From assembly GCA_043228905.1 (NCBI GenBank), contig JBHGNT010000011.1, positions 19,220,001-19,284,000 on the forward strand: DNA of 64,000 nucleotides, read 5' to 3'. This document shows, piece by piece, positions 12,401 through 24,900 of the stretch. How positions within the stretch are numbered: position 1 is the first letter of the stretch; the number at the start of each line of letters is the position of its first letter. The translations under genes and the position numbers were made by a program. This DNA comes from Azolla caroliniana (Eukaryota; Plantae; Polypodiophyta). Below the pieces are notes generated by a model. That model did not search any database and was not told the origin of the DNA. It was given only the letters and a program-made list of their open reading frames with translations.

Positions 12401-13475
12401 ACAAAACATGGACTTGGTATCGATCCACTATTATTCTTGTGCTACATCCACATGAAGAGGCTTGCTTGTCTCAAGGATTTCTTGTGCCTTCCCTAATTTT
12501 GCCTTGCCCTGCCCAACCTTTCCAATGACAAATGTTTGTGTTGGAATACATCATCCCGATCCTCAAGTTGACAAGTCTGTTTTGGAACATACTAGAAAAA
12601 AACATCGACGTTGGTGGAAATGAAGGTTGCGAACAATTGGCAACAAGTAATAGTTCAATATTTGTTATCAATGGAATGCATGACCTTCAAAGGTGTGCGT
12701 GCATACGTAGTCTCTATCATGATCTTGTGAAGGTTTTACCCCATCATAGCTTGTAACCCGTCTCTCAATTGCACCTGTTGATGGAAGCAATAACCCGTCT
12801 CTCAATTGCATAAATTTGTCATTTCTTTTCTCTTGCATTTAGAAAATCTTTTGATTGCATATATGTATTGGGATGTCCTTATTTTCAGTGTCAAAATTTG
12901 TTTAATGGATCATTATACATATGAGCTATGGTGGACAAGTAAGGATTTCCTGCAACCAACCCACGAACTAACTAACGCACACCATGAATTAATCGAGTGT
13001 TTCATTCACACTCCTTCGTGAATATGTCATCATAAATCCACTTATCGTCTTTCAATCAAACCACTTTCATCAAGCAAGCGATATACACACACGTATGTGT
13101 ACATCATCACTCACCAGCTCAATCATACTGCGGACAAGCTAACCCCCGGCCCAAATCCAATAGATCTCTTCAAATCAATATACACTTGGGCTGATGGGTC
13201 AGCCAGTCGCCTCACAAACACATACACACACATATATATATACATGGGATCGGGAATTTTCCGGAAGAAAGGCCAACAGGCAGACAATAGTTCTCGTGAT
13301 ATTCTTCGAATGACTCCCCATCCCCCGCCGCTCCTTCGCAGCTTTCCGAATTCCCACCGTATACCCCTACTTCGCAGCTTTCCGAATTCCCACGATATAC
13401 CCCTCCACTCTTTCTTCTTCTTCTTCTTCTTCTCCTTCTTCTCCTTCTTCTTTCATTATTGCCCCTCCCCTGTCA

Positions 13476-15441
13476 ATGGAGCACAGAGCTTTCTGCCATA
13501 GCCATAGCCATAGCCATAGCTCTAGCCTCCCCCTCATCGCCCCACTCTCCTCCTCTCATCACCACACCCCATCCTCTCATCGATCATCCTCAATATTCAC
13601 ATCTCCTCCATATCACCTCCCTCTGCCTCTCCCTCCTCCTCCTCCTCCTCCTCCTCGTGGCTCAGAGCTTCTTTGTTTCTTCGCAAAATCTTCCTTTTCC
13701 TGCATAGATGAAGACGAAGGGTTTCGTCAGCATCCTTGGCGAGGAACCGTTGGATCTCTGCATCCTACTTACATCAAAGAAGATGTAGAAGGAACACTGT
13801 CTTCGCTGAATGAAGGGAACTCATCAAATGAACGAACCATAGCTCTGCACGATGAAGAGGAAGAAGAAGAAGAAGAAGAAGGAACCCTACGTTTGCATGA
13901 TTACGATGAAGAAGAAACCGTGGCTCTGTATACGTCTTCCAAGAAGAAGAAAGGGAGATGTGTTTCTCTGGTCATGGAAGGAAATGATCCCATCGAGATT
14001 CTTCAGACCATGCCTGAATGGAAGCCGTCTGAACTATGGACCCTTCTTTACTACTTAGCTGCTCAGAGAAGATTTGACGAAGCATTACAGGTCCCACTAT
14101 ATTTCTTTTCATTCTTGATGTCTTCCGTCCATTCATTATGGTTTTGACTTAAATTGCAAAAAATTTAGGCTTGAACCCTGGTCTCATTCTATTCATCTCT
14201 TCTTCTTGATATAAAACCTTGATCCTACATAGGCATTTTCTTGGTGGAAAAGACAAGAGAAATATGAGGCAAGAGAGCAACACTATATCAATTTAATCAG
14301 GATGTTTGGCCGATCGAAACAACCACACATCTCACAACAACTGTTTGACGAGATGGCACAGCCTTCGGTTGGACTCAAACCTGGGCCAATAAGCTATGCA
14401 TCTCTTATTCATAGCTATGCCGAATGTGCAATGTTTGGCAAAGCAGAGGATTTGTTGAAACAAATGCGAGAGATGGGTATCAATCCCAATGCAGGAACTT
14501 ATAACGGGTTAATCTTTGCTTATGGAATGCATTGTCGTTATGATGACATGAATCGGCTCTTCAATAACATGAAAAGATGGGTATGCTCTCCGGATGACAG
14601 GACATATAGTGGGATGATCGTTGCATATGCAAAAGCAGGCCTCTTCCGAAGAATGGAACGAATGTGTAGAGAAATGGATCGTAATGGATGGAAGCCGAGC
14701 TTTGCTACCATTAATGCAATCATCCAAGCATATGCTAAACATGGCCTATTAGAACAAATGCAGGCGAGCTATATGTGTGTGAAAGATTACCGAGTTCTCA
14801 TTAGCAGGACAACAATCCGGGCCATGGCAAGTGTGTATATCGAACGATGCAAATTCTATCAATTACGAGTGCTTGTGAGTGATGTCGGGCTGAAGAGGAA
14901 TAATGTGGGGAATCTTCTTTGGAACTTGCTTTTGCTTTCTTTTGGAGCTAATTTCCAGATGAAGAATTTGGACCGAAGCTTCCGCGAGATGAAGGACGCT
15001 TGTTTCGCACCGGACATAACCACTTTTAACATCCGGGCACTTAGTTTTGCTAGAATGAACATGCTCTGGGAATTGCATTCAACGGTGATACAGATGCGTC
15101 ATGCTCAGGTTCTCCCTGATCTAGTAACATTTGGTGCCATTGTTGATGCATATATCAATCTGAAACTCCGATTTCGAAGCATGTTTGAGGAGTTAGATGT
15201 ATTGCATATGAAAGGGCTCAGTCCTAGTATTGCAACTGATCCTTTGGTATTCAAAGCATTCGGGAAAGGAGACTTCCATAGTAGCTCGGAAATGCTTATG
15301 AAGTTGAATCCTAAACCATATGGTGAGGATTGGACCTACGGGTTGCTGTTAAGCTTTTACTTGAGGAAGAGAGGTGCAAGAAGAATAGAGCAAAATCCAG
15401 ACAATAGGGGCGTTGTCACCAAGAAATTCATCGTGAGTTGA
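13476..15441 (+). CDS. P-class PPR protein, At4g14190-like, probably plastid-targeted; exons 13476-14090 and 14233-15441 (about 607 aa)
   Basis: Phase-0 GT..AG intron 14091-14232 joins the two ORFs in frame. Ser/Pro/His-rich N-terminus, 35-aa PPR repeats, and a C-terminus PDITTFNIRALSF..PDLVTFGAIVDAY..TDPLVFKAFGKGDFH..WTY that I recognise from the At4g14190 family. Confidence 0.88.
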
Positions 15442-17884
15442 GAAAGCGTGAACCATATAGTATTATATCATCACAAAGGACAGATGTACGAGTGTATGCA
15501 GACCCTAGTGATAATCAAGAAGAGTTTGAAGAAAAGGTTGAGAACTCTCCAATGGTGGGTAACCGTAAGCAATGAAAGATGCTTCTCATGTCATACCTTG
15601 AGTGCAGTATTAAAAGTGCAAAATTTGGATACTTCACTGGCAATGCTAACGAGTGTTCATTGTCAATTAAATCAATGGTGTCTACATGTGCTTTGAAATT
15701 GCGATATAATTAATAGATTCTTTCTTAGAAGCGACTCATCCTTCCCGAACGCAGCATACAACTATCTGTCGTACTGCGCTCTCCAAGTTTGCTTTGGGAA
15801 CATGAAGCATTGTATTGGTGTCACCTTGGTTGCAAACACCTTTATTAATTACTCAAAATTGATGGTTAGATACAGCACGAACTGACGCATCATCTTTGAT
15901 GAGATTTAGTGGTAATCACTCAGTGTTTGTTGTTAAATACAGCAAGAATTGACCATTCATCTTTGATGAGATTTAGTGGTTATCACTCGGTGTTTGTGGG
16001 TGTCTAGTAAGAATGCTAGAGTAACTGCTATGGAGACAAATTCCACTCCAATGGAGCAATCAATTGATAAAAAATGCCTTGAATGCGGAATCATTGTCAC
16101 CATTACCACTGCCCTATATATAAAGTGTGTCATTTCTAGCTATGCCCTACCGCATGTTCTCTCATTGAATATCTCATGTTTCTAGGATTTCCCATTCACA
16201 CCCTTTCCCCCACCTTGTCTCCTATAGCATTGTTATTCCTTGTGTTTTGGTTTTTCCCTTGGCTGATTGACATTTCTATTTCACATTCCCATCCCTCATT
16301 GATAAAAGATCTTGTCCTTTTTCACATGTTTGCTTCCCTCCCAATAAATGGATAAAACTTTGAATGAACATGTGAAACCTTTGTGGAATCTTTCCTCTCA
16401 AATAAACTTAATTGTAGCCCTTTATCTATAATAAGGTATGCATGGAATTCAACATTTGAGGAGATGCAACCTCCACCTATATTGAATTTGCATCGTTCCA
16501 ATATGTCAAATTAGCCCACTTGCAAACAAATGATGATCTTCACATGACCATTTGTATGTCTTCTAGAAAACCGTATTTGTTCGTAGCAAAACCACGAGCC
16601 ATCCAAAAATCCATGGTTCCTCATATTTCTCCTCTAGCTCGTCTAGCATTAGACACCATTTTCTCGATACAATAATGCCCATTTGCCACATAGTGGCCTA
16701 TAAAACAAAGTCTCAAACAAATACAGAAAAGCTAAGAAACAAAGACCTCTCTAGTGAACACTTAAACAAAATTTACGCAATCAACCATATAGTACTATTG
16801 GAATAATTTTGAAGTTCTCATTGTTTGTCATTCTAATGTGCATATGATATTAAACTACGAAGGTGTTCTAGAGTTGAAGCATTTCTTCTTGTACCAAGGA
16901 CAAAAAATGATGAATGAACATAAGGTAGTTATGAGAGGATAAATTCTTCATCAATGGATACTCTAGTTGATGTGGTTGTACACTGGCACACCCTTGTTTG
17001 TTTTAGTTGCAAAACACTTGGAATAAACTTTTGTATCAATTGGTTATTAAACTTCAATATTGATTGGACTTTCCCATTTGCCCATCTCTCAATCTCTAGC
17101 ACCCACCATTGTCAATCAATTGCTTGCCTTATACAATTTCAAAGGTGCATTTCTAAGCTTTTTCCCTTACTATCCAAAAGCCCATTTATCGAAAAGTGAC
17201 TGAACATTTCATTAGTTCTTTATATACTAATGGACCTTGTGCAAGTTTATGAGAAGTTTGTAATTCTCTCTCTTAGCATTGCTTAAGGTAGAAACTATTG
17301 ATTTGTCAAGCCTTAACGTTGTGGAAGGAGATTGTGACACCATGTTGTTAGAAGCAAACCTTTTTATCCAACCAAATCCAAAGGTCTATACACAATAATC
17401 CGTCTGTTTGTACCATAATACAATTCAATACGAAACTAATGAAGATTGATTCGATTAGTACTCTACCTTGTGGATTGTCTCTCGAAATCAAAATGAAAGA
17501 GAGCAACCAAATGTGCTTCAACATTCGAAGATAAAGAGCGCAAATTGGCCAAAAGGAAAGTAAGCAATGTAAAATACCTTGCATTGTGCATTCCAACGAT
17601 TTCATTTTGTGCTTTTTAGCATGGAAGGAATGTGTTCTTTCTGGGGTCCGAGAAACTACTAGACCACGATTGTGAGGTGCAATACATTGTTCCAAAACAT
17701 ATACATCCAAACATTTGCATCACTTAAAAGATGCATCCATACATTACATTCTCAACACATTCCATACATCACATTCTGAATGCATACATTACATTCTCAA
17801 CACATACATCTCCCCATCAGGCATACATATCCATCCATCCATTTTCATATTGCCGATTCCCGAACACAGATGGAGTAGAAGGAG

Positions 17885-20229
17885 ATGGCTTGCACAGGTG
17901 TGGAGCTCTTATGGAAGGAATTCTTCAAGGATCCTTCTTTGTTCAGGGACCATCGAAGCAACAAGGTGATTCTAGTGCTTTCATTATCCTTATCCCCCCA
18001 CACCCCCCTTTTCTGTGTGTGTGCTTGCGCGTGTGTTTCTTTCAAAAACAAGATTTCATCCTGGGTGCTCACAATTGTTTTTGGGCATCTTAGAAAGATG
18101 CAAAATCTCCTGATTTTACACACAAGAAGACAACAGAATCTCTATGGATAGCTTGTGGACATAATCCTTCGTGGGTCCGGAAAGAGCTTGGCAAGCATGA
18201 AAAAATCTATGGATATGAAGAAAAGTTGGAAATTGAAAACGGCATCACATCTCTTCTTGAATCCATAAAAATTGCTGGAAGAAAGAAGGATTTAAACGCA
18301 GGTAATAGAATACACACTGAAATTGTGCAGAAAGGGTTGTTCCACCAGAACATCTGCATTAACAATGCCCTCATCAGCATGTATGTAAGGTTAAAAATGC
18401 AAGATAAAGCACAACAAGTGTTTGATGAGCTTCTAGTAAGGGACGTGATCTCGTGGACATCACTTATGTCTGGTTTCACACTGCAAGGACAGCCAGGAAA
18501 AGCTGCCCAATGCTACAAACAGATGCTTGAGGAGGCAACCTACCCGGATGCAGTCACATTTACTTGCATCTTGAAAGCTTATACTAACCTCGGATCCATT
18601 GAAAATGGTAAAATGATCCATATCATGATCACAAAACAAGAGCTTTTGAGAACAAATATTGTTCTTGGCACCGCTTTAGTGGATATGTATGCTAAATGTG
18701 GTATGCTAAGGAAGGCTCAGGAAGTGTTTGATGCACTTCTTGTCCGGGACTCAATCTCTTGGACTGCCCTCATCACTGGTTATGTCCAGGAAGGGCATTT
18801 CAAAGAAGCTTTGGATTGCTTCAGACAGTTGCAGAAGGAAGGTCTCTCCCCAAATGCGGCTACTTTTGCTTGTATCTTGAAAGCTTGTGGCAACTTGGGT
18901 TTAGTAGAGGCCGGATTGGAAATACATGCCGAGGTGCAAAAGCGGCAATTGTTATTGAAAAATGATGTTGTGATTGGCACAGCATTGGTGGATATGTATG
19001 CGAAATGTGGTATGCTTGTGAAAGCACAAGAAGTGTTCAATGAGCTTCCGGGGCATGATGTGGTATCTTGGAATGCACTTATCACTGGATATGTAGACCA
19101 AGGGCTTTGTGGTGAAGCTTTTAAGTGTTTTAGAAAAATGTTGGATGAGGGTTTCTCCCCGAATTCAGTTACCTTCACATGCATCCTAAAGGCATGTGGA
19201 AGCCTAGGATGGCTTGAGAAAGGTGAGGAGATACATGACAAAGTCCAAAAAGAAGGATTAGTGGGATCGAGCATTATGCTTGACAATGCACTGGTTGACA
19301 TGTATGCCAAGTGTGGTGCTTTTGCAAAAGCAAGAAGAGCATTTGATGAGCTTCCAGTAAGGGGAGTTATCTCCTGGACTGCCCTAATCACCGGATATGC
19401 CCAACGTGGACATAGTGATGAAGCGTTGGACTGTTTCAGATTGATGCAAGAGGATGGTCTCTCTCCCGATGCGGTCACCTTTTGTTCCATCTTGAAAGCT
19501 TGTAGCATGATAGGGTCGGCTGAAAAAGGGAAAGAGATACATGCTCAGGCGAGAAAACGGGGTTTATTGACAACAAATGTTGTACTCGGCAATGCATTGG
19601 TGGACATGTATGTCAAATGTGGGGTTCTTGCGAAAGCACAGGAAGTGTTTGATGAGCTTCCAGTGAGGGATGTTGTTGGTTGGACTTCACTCATCTCGGG
19701 GTATTCTCAACTAGCTCACGTGGAGTGTGTGTTTACCTTGTTCTACCGGATGATTGCCGAAGGGATAATACCGAATTCTGTTACATTTGTTGTATTACTA
19801 ACTGCATGTAGTCACTCTGGGCTAGTAGAAGAAGGGCAAACATACTTTGATGTTATTACTACATCATATTGCTTGAATCCAACATTGGAGCACTACAATT
19901 GTATGGTTGATCTTTTCAGCCGTGCTGGACACTTCGATAAGGCCATTGCTATGATTGAGAATATAGCACCGTCTGATCGACTCCAAACGTTTACTGTTGT
20001 GTTGAGTGCTTGTCGGGAATGGGCAAATGTAGACCTTGGAAAATGGGCCTTTGAGAGTTCCATGGAGTTGGATGAAAAGTATGCATTTCCCTATGTTTGC
20101 ATGGGTAATATTTATGTGGTCGCTGGTATGCAAGCAGAAGCAGAAGAAATCAAAGCTTTGAGAATTAGAAATGGTGCATGGAAAATGCCAAGATATTGTT
20201 GGTGGAACAATACAAGTAAGGGTTCATGA
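17885..20229 (+). CDS. PLS-class PPR RNA-editing factor, E-type ending at the PG/WW box; exons 17885-17965 and 18094-20229 (about 738 aa)
   Basis: Repeated S-P-L triplets (ALVDMYAKCG..RDVVSW..SPxxxTF.CILKACG), P2-L2-S2 (LLTACSHSGLVEEG; HYNCMVDLFSRAG), E1/E2, ending WKMPRYCWW. A phase-0 intron (AAG|GTGATT...TCTTAG|AAA) supplies the ATG missing from the listed TTG-start ORF. Confidence 0.9.
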
Positions 20230-20460
20230 AGCCTGATTGGCAAGTTTATCCAGCAGTTATAGCCTTTTCCTTGAAGCCATTTGTGGAAAGTTCAATTTCC
20301 AGCTCCACTATCGGTTGCCACAAGTACCATGTGTAGTAATCAATGCTCATTTGAGGGATAAGGGATCTCATGCAACATAATTATGATACCATTACTCTAA
20401 AGATACATCGCATTAATGGATGAAATACACGAAATTGCAGATGGGTTATTGTGAATGATA
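20230..20460 (+). pseudogene. Decayed DYW-domain remnant downstream of the PPR stop codon
   Basis: Fragments LEAICG (cf. E..LCGHSE), RV-like VATSTMCSNQC and DEIHEIADG(L/YCE) (cf. DRIHVFEDGKCIC in the neighbour) lie in DYW order, with stops and frameshifts. Confidence 0.5.
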
Positions 20461-20700
20461 TCCTTCAAATAAAAGTGATACCCAAAATCAATTATGGTGT
20501 GAAAACACAATGTAGTGTCATCTAACAATTTGTTATACACCAACACCCCAAAATCTTACCTCAGACTACATTCATCCAGTAAGGGAGATCAGTGATTGGC
20601 TCACTTGAGAAGATGATATATTTATCAGACATATATTCTTAGGAATGTGATGGACTATTCTCATCAAATTCCCTTCTAAATTTGCCTAGAGGCATCAATA

Positions 20701-20885
20701 AATAAATGAGGTTAGATGTATAGCTGGTGAATGGAGAATGATTGATGGTACACATGACAAAAGAATTGTGAAAATAAAAAGATGGAGTTCTTTTTGTTTA
20801 TTCACAAATTGTATGTTAAATAAATGAGGTTAGATGTATAGTTGGTGAATGGAGAATGATTGATGGTACTAATGAAAAAAGAATT
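20701..20885. repeat. Direct duplication of about 65 bp, spacing about 118 bp
   Basis: AATAAATGAGGTTAGATGTATAG(C/T)TGGTGAATGGAGAATGATTGATGGTAC at 20701 and 20819. Confidence 0.85.
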
Positions 20886-21324
20886 TTGGCCAAATGTTGA
20901 GCTACTTTCTGTTAAGGCTCCAACTTTTGGTTGTTAGATTTCGTATTCAACTAGTTTGATTTGTTCCATTCCACTCACAAAGGGTATTCATGTTTTTCAT
21001 TGGTAACATCATCTCATGATGAACAATGTTACAAGCCATGAAAGACCATCAATCATGACTTTATATACAATACAATAACGAGAGAAAATAATGTATAGAT
21101 GTTTCCCATATACAAATGTACTCAGCAACGTGCTATAATAATAATAGCATCACTTGCCTCTCTTTTCTCTTGTATCCAATGCTTCAAGGGTTCCCATTCC
21201 TTTGCTAAAAACAGCAGAGTGTGATGAGATAAACAACTTATTAATGCATCATCGATCATCTGCTTTTTAGCAGATGCCCAGTCCAAGTGACATTTAAAGC
21301 ATTTTCAGCCATCACATTGAAAAC

Positions 21325-23673
21325 TCAGCTTTCACCACAAATGCATTTACCATCCTCAAAAACGTGTATTCTATCACTATCCTTAACCTGGATCTTGCGT
21401 TTCTCTACCTTTGATATAAGCGCAGTTGAAAAATGGCAATCAGCACAAACACCCATATTCTTTGTAACACGTATAGGCATACCTTCTTGTGTATTGATAA
21501 GAGCACATGCAATGGCTAACTTTTCACTATGCTTGCATGGCAAAATTTCCATTTGATCATCCAAAGTGACTTGTGACACCCAATTCAAATGAGAATGATT
21601 CATTATTTTTCGACTAATGTCTCTGAGCTTCGCATAGATATGTTGACTTTGTGGATGACTCTTATCACCAGCACTGAACGAATGTGCATCTCCATTTCCA
21701 TCGATCCACATACAACAACCAGGTATCTCCAATGCACTGTTTTGTATTCTCAAGGCTTCGACTTCCTTTGCTTCTTCTAACATTCCTGCTGCTGCATATA
21801 TATTGTTCATTGATACATATGCCGGCGCATGCTTTGCATCTAGCTGTATTGAACATTTAAACGCCCATCTTCCAATCTCCACATTTACCCATTTTCTACA
21901 ACCACCCATGAGGGCCATCCACAAATTAAGACGATTTTGCAATGGCACCTCGTCAATCAAATTCATGGCCTTCTCAAAGTGTCCAGCCCGACCAAAGAGA
22001 TCTACCATGCAAGTATAATGTTCTAGACTTGGAACAATACAATAGACATTGCTCATAGTATTGAAGTAAATTTCACCATCATCCACCAGGCCTGCATGAT
22101 TGCATGCTGTCAACAATATAACAAATGTAATCCCACTAGGCATTACATTGTTTTCTATCATTTTATTAAATGAGGCAAAAACGCTTTTGAACATGCCAAG
22201 CTGTGCATATCCTGAGATGAGTGCTGTCCAAGCTACTACATCCTTATCCAAAAGCTCATCAAACACCTCTTGAGCTTTAACAATCTCACAACATTTGGCA
22301 TACATGTCAACCAATGCAGTGCCAAGTATATTGTTTCTCTGTAGAAGCCCCTTCTTATTAATTTCAGCATGTATCTCCTCTCCATGCTCTGTTGATCCTA
22401 TGCAGCCACAAGCTTTAAGTATACATGCAAAGGTGACTGTATTTGGCGAGACACCTTCCTCTCGCATCTTCCGGAAGCAATTTAAAGCTTTATCTCCGAG
22501 CCCATGTTGGACATAGCCATAGATAATGGCCGTCCACGAGATGACATCTCGGATTCGAAGTGCCTCTAAAACCTCTTGTGCTTTTGCAAATGCACCACAT
22601 TTAGCATACATATCCACCAATGTATTGCCAAATACAATATCGTTTCCCAATAATGGGAGTTTGCTAGCCATTGTATGTATCTCTTCTCCCTTCTTGAGTG
22701 ATCCAATGCTGCTACAAGCCTTCACTATGGATGCAAAAGTAATAGGATCTGGGCAAAGACCTTCTTCTTGCATCTGACCAAAGCATTCCAATGCTTCATT
22801 ACCTTGCCCATGATGAGCATACGAGGAAATCAATGCATTCCATGCAACAACATCCCGTTCCTTCAGCTCATCGAACACTTCTTGTGCTTTCTCAATTGTA
22901 CCACATTTAGCATACATGTCCATTAACGCGGTGGCGAGCATGGTGCTATTCCCCAATAACCCTTGTTTTTGCACTTCCCTGTGTATTTCCTCTCCTTTTT
23001 CAGCCAATCCCATGCTACTACAAGCTTTCAAAATGCAAGCAAATGTGATCCGATTGGGAGACAGACCCTCTTTTGGCATCCGGGTGAAGCACTCTAGGGC
23101 TTCATTTCCGAGTCCATATTGAACATATCCACTAATCAATGCATTCCATGAGACCACATCTCGAACAGGAAGCTCATTGAATACTTCTTGTGCTTTTTCA
23201 AGAACGCCACACTTAGCATACATGCTAATCAATGCATTGCTGATATACATATCCTCATGAATCAAGCTTCGTCGGATAATATTAGCATGTATTCGACTAC
23301 CCTGGCGCAAGTCTTTGTGTTTAGTGCATAATTTTATTGAGTTTAAGAGTGCAACGCGGTCTTCGAGAGGCCACACAGCCTTCTTTAATTTGGATTTCTG
23401 AACCAAAACCTCTTCATTTCTCAGCTTGGGTCTTGTCTGAAGGATTTCTTCATTTCTTGATTTGGACCTTGTGTGAAGAATCTCTTCATTTCTCGACTTG
23501 CTTCTTTTGAGATCTTTAGGATTCTGTTTTGCGATCTCTTCTTGAACCACATAAGGGCTGTGGAAACCATGTAAGCACGATGCTTCATTCGTTGAGTGAA
23601 TCAAACCTTTCTGCAGACCAACAGAGCTCAGCCCAATAGAGAAACAATGGGAGTGGGCCATTGGAACATTCAC
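21325..23673 (-). CDS. PLS-class PPR-E-DYW RNA-editing factor (DYW:WW-like, ends GES)
   Basis: 782-aa intronless ORF with PLS triplets, P2L2S2-E1-E2, IPGCCMW box, HSEKLA, CADCH and RIHVFEDGKCIC. The start codon is uncertain (listed start is non-ATG; first ATG at about 23661). Confidence 0.93.
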   Translation of the reverse strand: MNVPMAHSHCFSIGLSSVGLQKGLIHSTNEASCLHGFHSPYVVQEEIAKQNPKDLKRSKSRNEEILHTRSKSRNEEILQTRPKLRNEEVLVQKSKLKKAVWPLEDRVALLNSIKLCTKHKDLRQGSRIHANIIRRSLIHEDMYISNALISMYAKCGVLEKAQEVFNELPVRDVVSWNALISGYVQYGLGNEALECFTRMPKEGLSPNRITFACILKACSSMGLAEKGEEIHREVQKQGLLGNSTMLATALMDMYAKCGTIEKAQEVFDELKERDVVAWNALISSYAHHGQGNEALECFGQMQEEGLCPDPITFASIVKACSSIGSLKKGEEIHTMASKLPLLGNDIVFGNTLVDMYAKCGAFAKAQEVLEALRIRDVISWTAIIYGYVQHGLGDKALNCFRKMREEGVSPNTVTFACILKACGCIGSTEHGEEIHAEINKKGLLQRNNILGTALVDMYAKCCEIVKAQEVFDELLDKDVVAWTALISGYAQLGMFKSVFASFNKMIENNVMPSGITFVILLTACNHAGLVDDGEIYFNTMSNVYCIVPSLEHYTCMVDLFGRAGHFEKAMNLIDEVPLQNRLNLWMALMGGCRKWVNVEIGRWAFKCSIQLDAKHAPAYVSMNNIYAAAGMLEEAKEVEALRIQNSALEIPGCCMWIDGNGDAHSFSAGDKSHPQSQHIYAKLRDISRKIMNHSHLNWVSQVTLDDQMEILPCKHSEKLAIACALINTQEGMPIRVTKNMGVCADCHFSTALISKVEKRKIQVKDSDRIHVFEDGKCICGES

Positions 23674-23956
23674 ATATTACTCGTTATACAGAGAGCTTGC
23701 AGCCCAACAAAGAGGAGGCATTGTGGGTAATAAGACATTATGTATATGCAAATTACCTAATTGTGTGTTCCCCTTTCTTCCATGATTAACTCCATGAAAA
23801 CCTTGTGATGATTTCCTTCTCATGAGAAAATGTCCTTATCTCTCTGTATGTGTGAGAGAGAGAGAGAGAGACTGTGTGTATGTTCAACCCCTACATACCT
23901 AATTGGCATCTAGTATATTAAGAGGATATGTATGTAGTAATAGAGATGTAAGAAAA

Positions 23957-24018
23957 CAAGGTTTCGAACCCAAGACCTTGGGCTAATAGTCTAACAACTT
24001 ACCATTTAGGTAAGCTAA
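23957..24018 (-). mobile_element. tRNA-like (possible SINE head) fragment
   Basis: Minus strand reads TAGCTTACCTAAATGGTAAG...GGTCTTGGGTTCGAAACC: A-box-like and B-box-like motifs at tRNA spacing, but no complete cloverleaf. Confidence 0.4.
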
Positions 24019-24796
24019 TTATGAAAAACAAAGAGAAATTGTGTGTTTCACACTAGGATCTAAGTAGGAAGCCTGGCTAGTGTATTTGCTAAGGTAAGAG
24101 AGATTCATAAGGAACTCGGACTAATGAAAGTCCCCATTTTGGCAATCGGACTTGAGGAGGGAACACCCTCACTAATGAACGCCAAAAGTTGGCTAAAGAT
24201 TCACCTAGGAACCTTCACTAATGAATGCATTTACTACCCTAGTTGGCTATGATTGGCAGAGCTCGAAATTATATTGGTTAGGCGCATTCACGTCAAATTA
24301 ACATTGTTGGCATTCTTAGGCTATTTTCCTACCCTTATATTGTCGTTAGATTCGGCTAATTTCATGCCCTTACCTTTTTATCCTTTTGGTGGAGCTAGAA
24401 CAAGATTGGTTGTCACTACATCTAGCCAATTAATGTCATACTATTATATACCCTTATTCTCTTAAATATTAGTGGTTGTCATAACTAACCAATTAACGGA
24501 ATGTCTAATGCCAATGCCCCCCCGGCCCCCTACAATGCATTGGAGATATATAGAATGGTAGTGATAAATCGATTTGTGTTAAGTATTGTTCTCATCAAGT
24601 TATCCACATCTAAATTTTATGTGTGACCATCATTGTCGAATGTAGTCAAATCAAGTGACTCAATTTTCATAACATCCTCTCATAGAATTTCCTAGTGCAA
24701 ATTTCACATCTTCCTATGCAAGCTTATAATCCCATTAACATCACATAAACACATCATTGTTTGTTGTTAAAATAGTTCAATTCTTTAAGCAATCTA

Positions 24797-24900
24797 TTTT
24801 TTATTTTTTGTTCCAAAAAAGAAACTTCTTCCATTAGTTATAAAATATATACAAATCCTAGTAGGTACACAATAGTTCCATCTTATATAAATAGTACAAA
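24797..24900 (-). mobile_element. 3' end of a non-LTR retroelement
   Basis: Minus strand AACTAATGGAAGAAGTTTCTTTTTTGGAACAAAAAATAAAAAA; same terminal motif as the other non-LTR copies. TSD and 5' limit not found. Confidence 0.5.

Noticed and set aside
18780-19508. 242-aa antisense ORF and similar antisense ORFs over the PPR, Copia, LINE and CDPK regions
   Set aside because: Shadow frames of real coding sequence with no independent motifs.
21325-21730. U-to-C editing DYW:KP factor
   Set aside because: Has a PG-type box and HSE rather than the KP box and altered active-site motif expected for that class.
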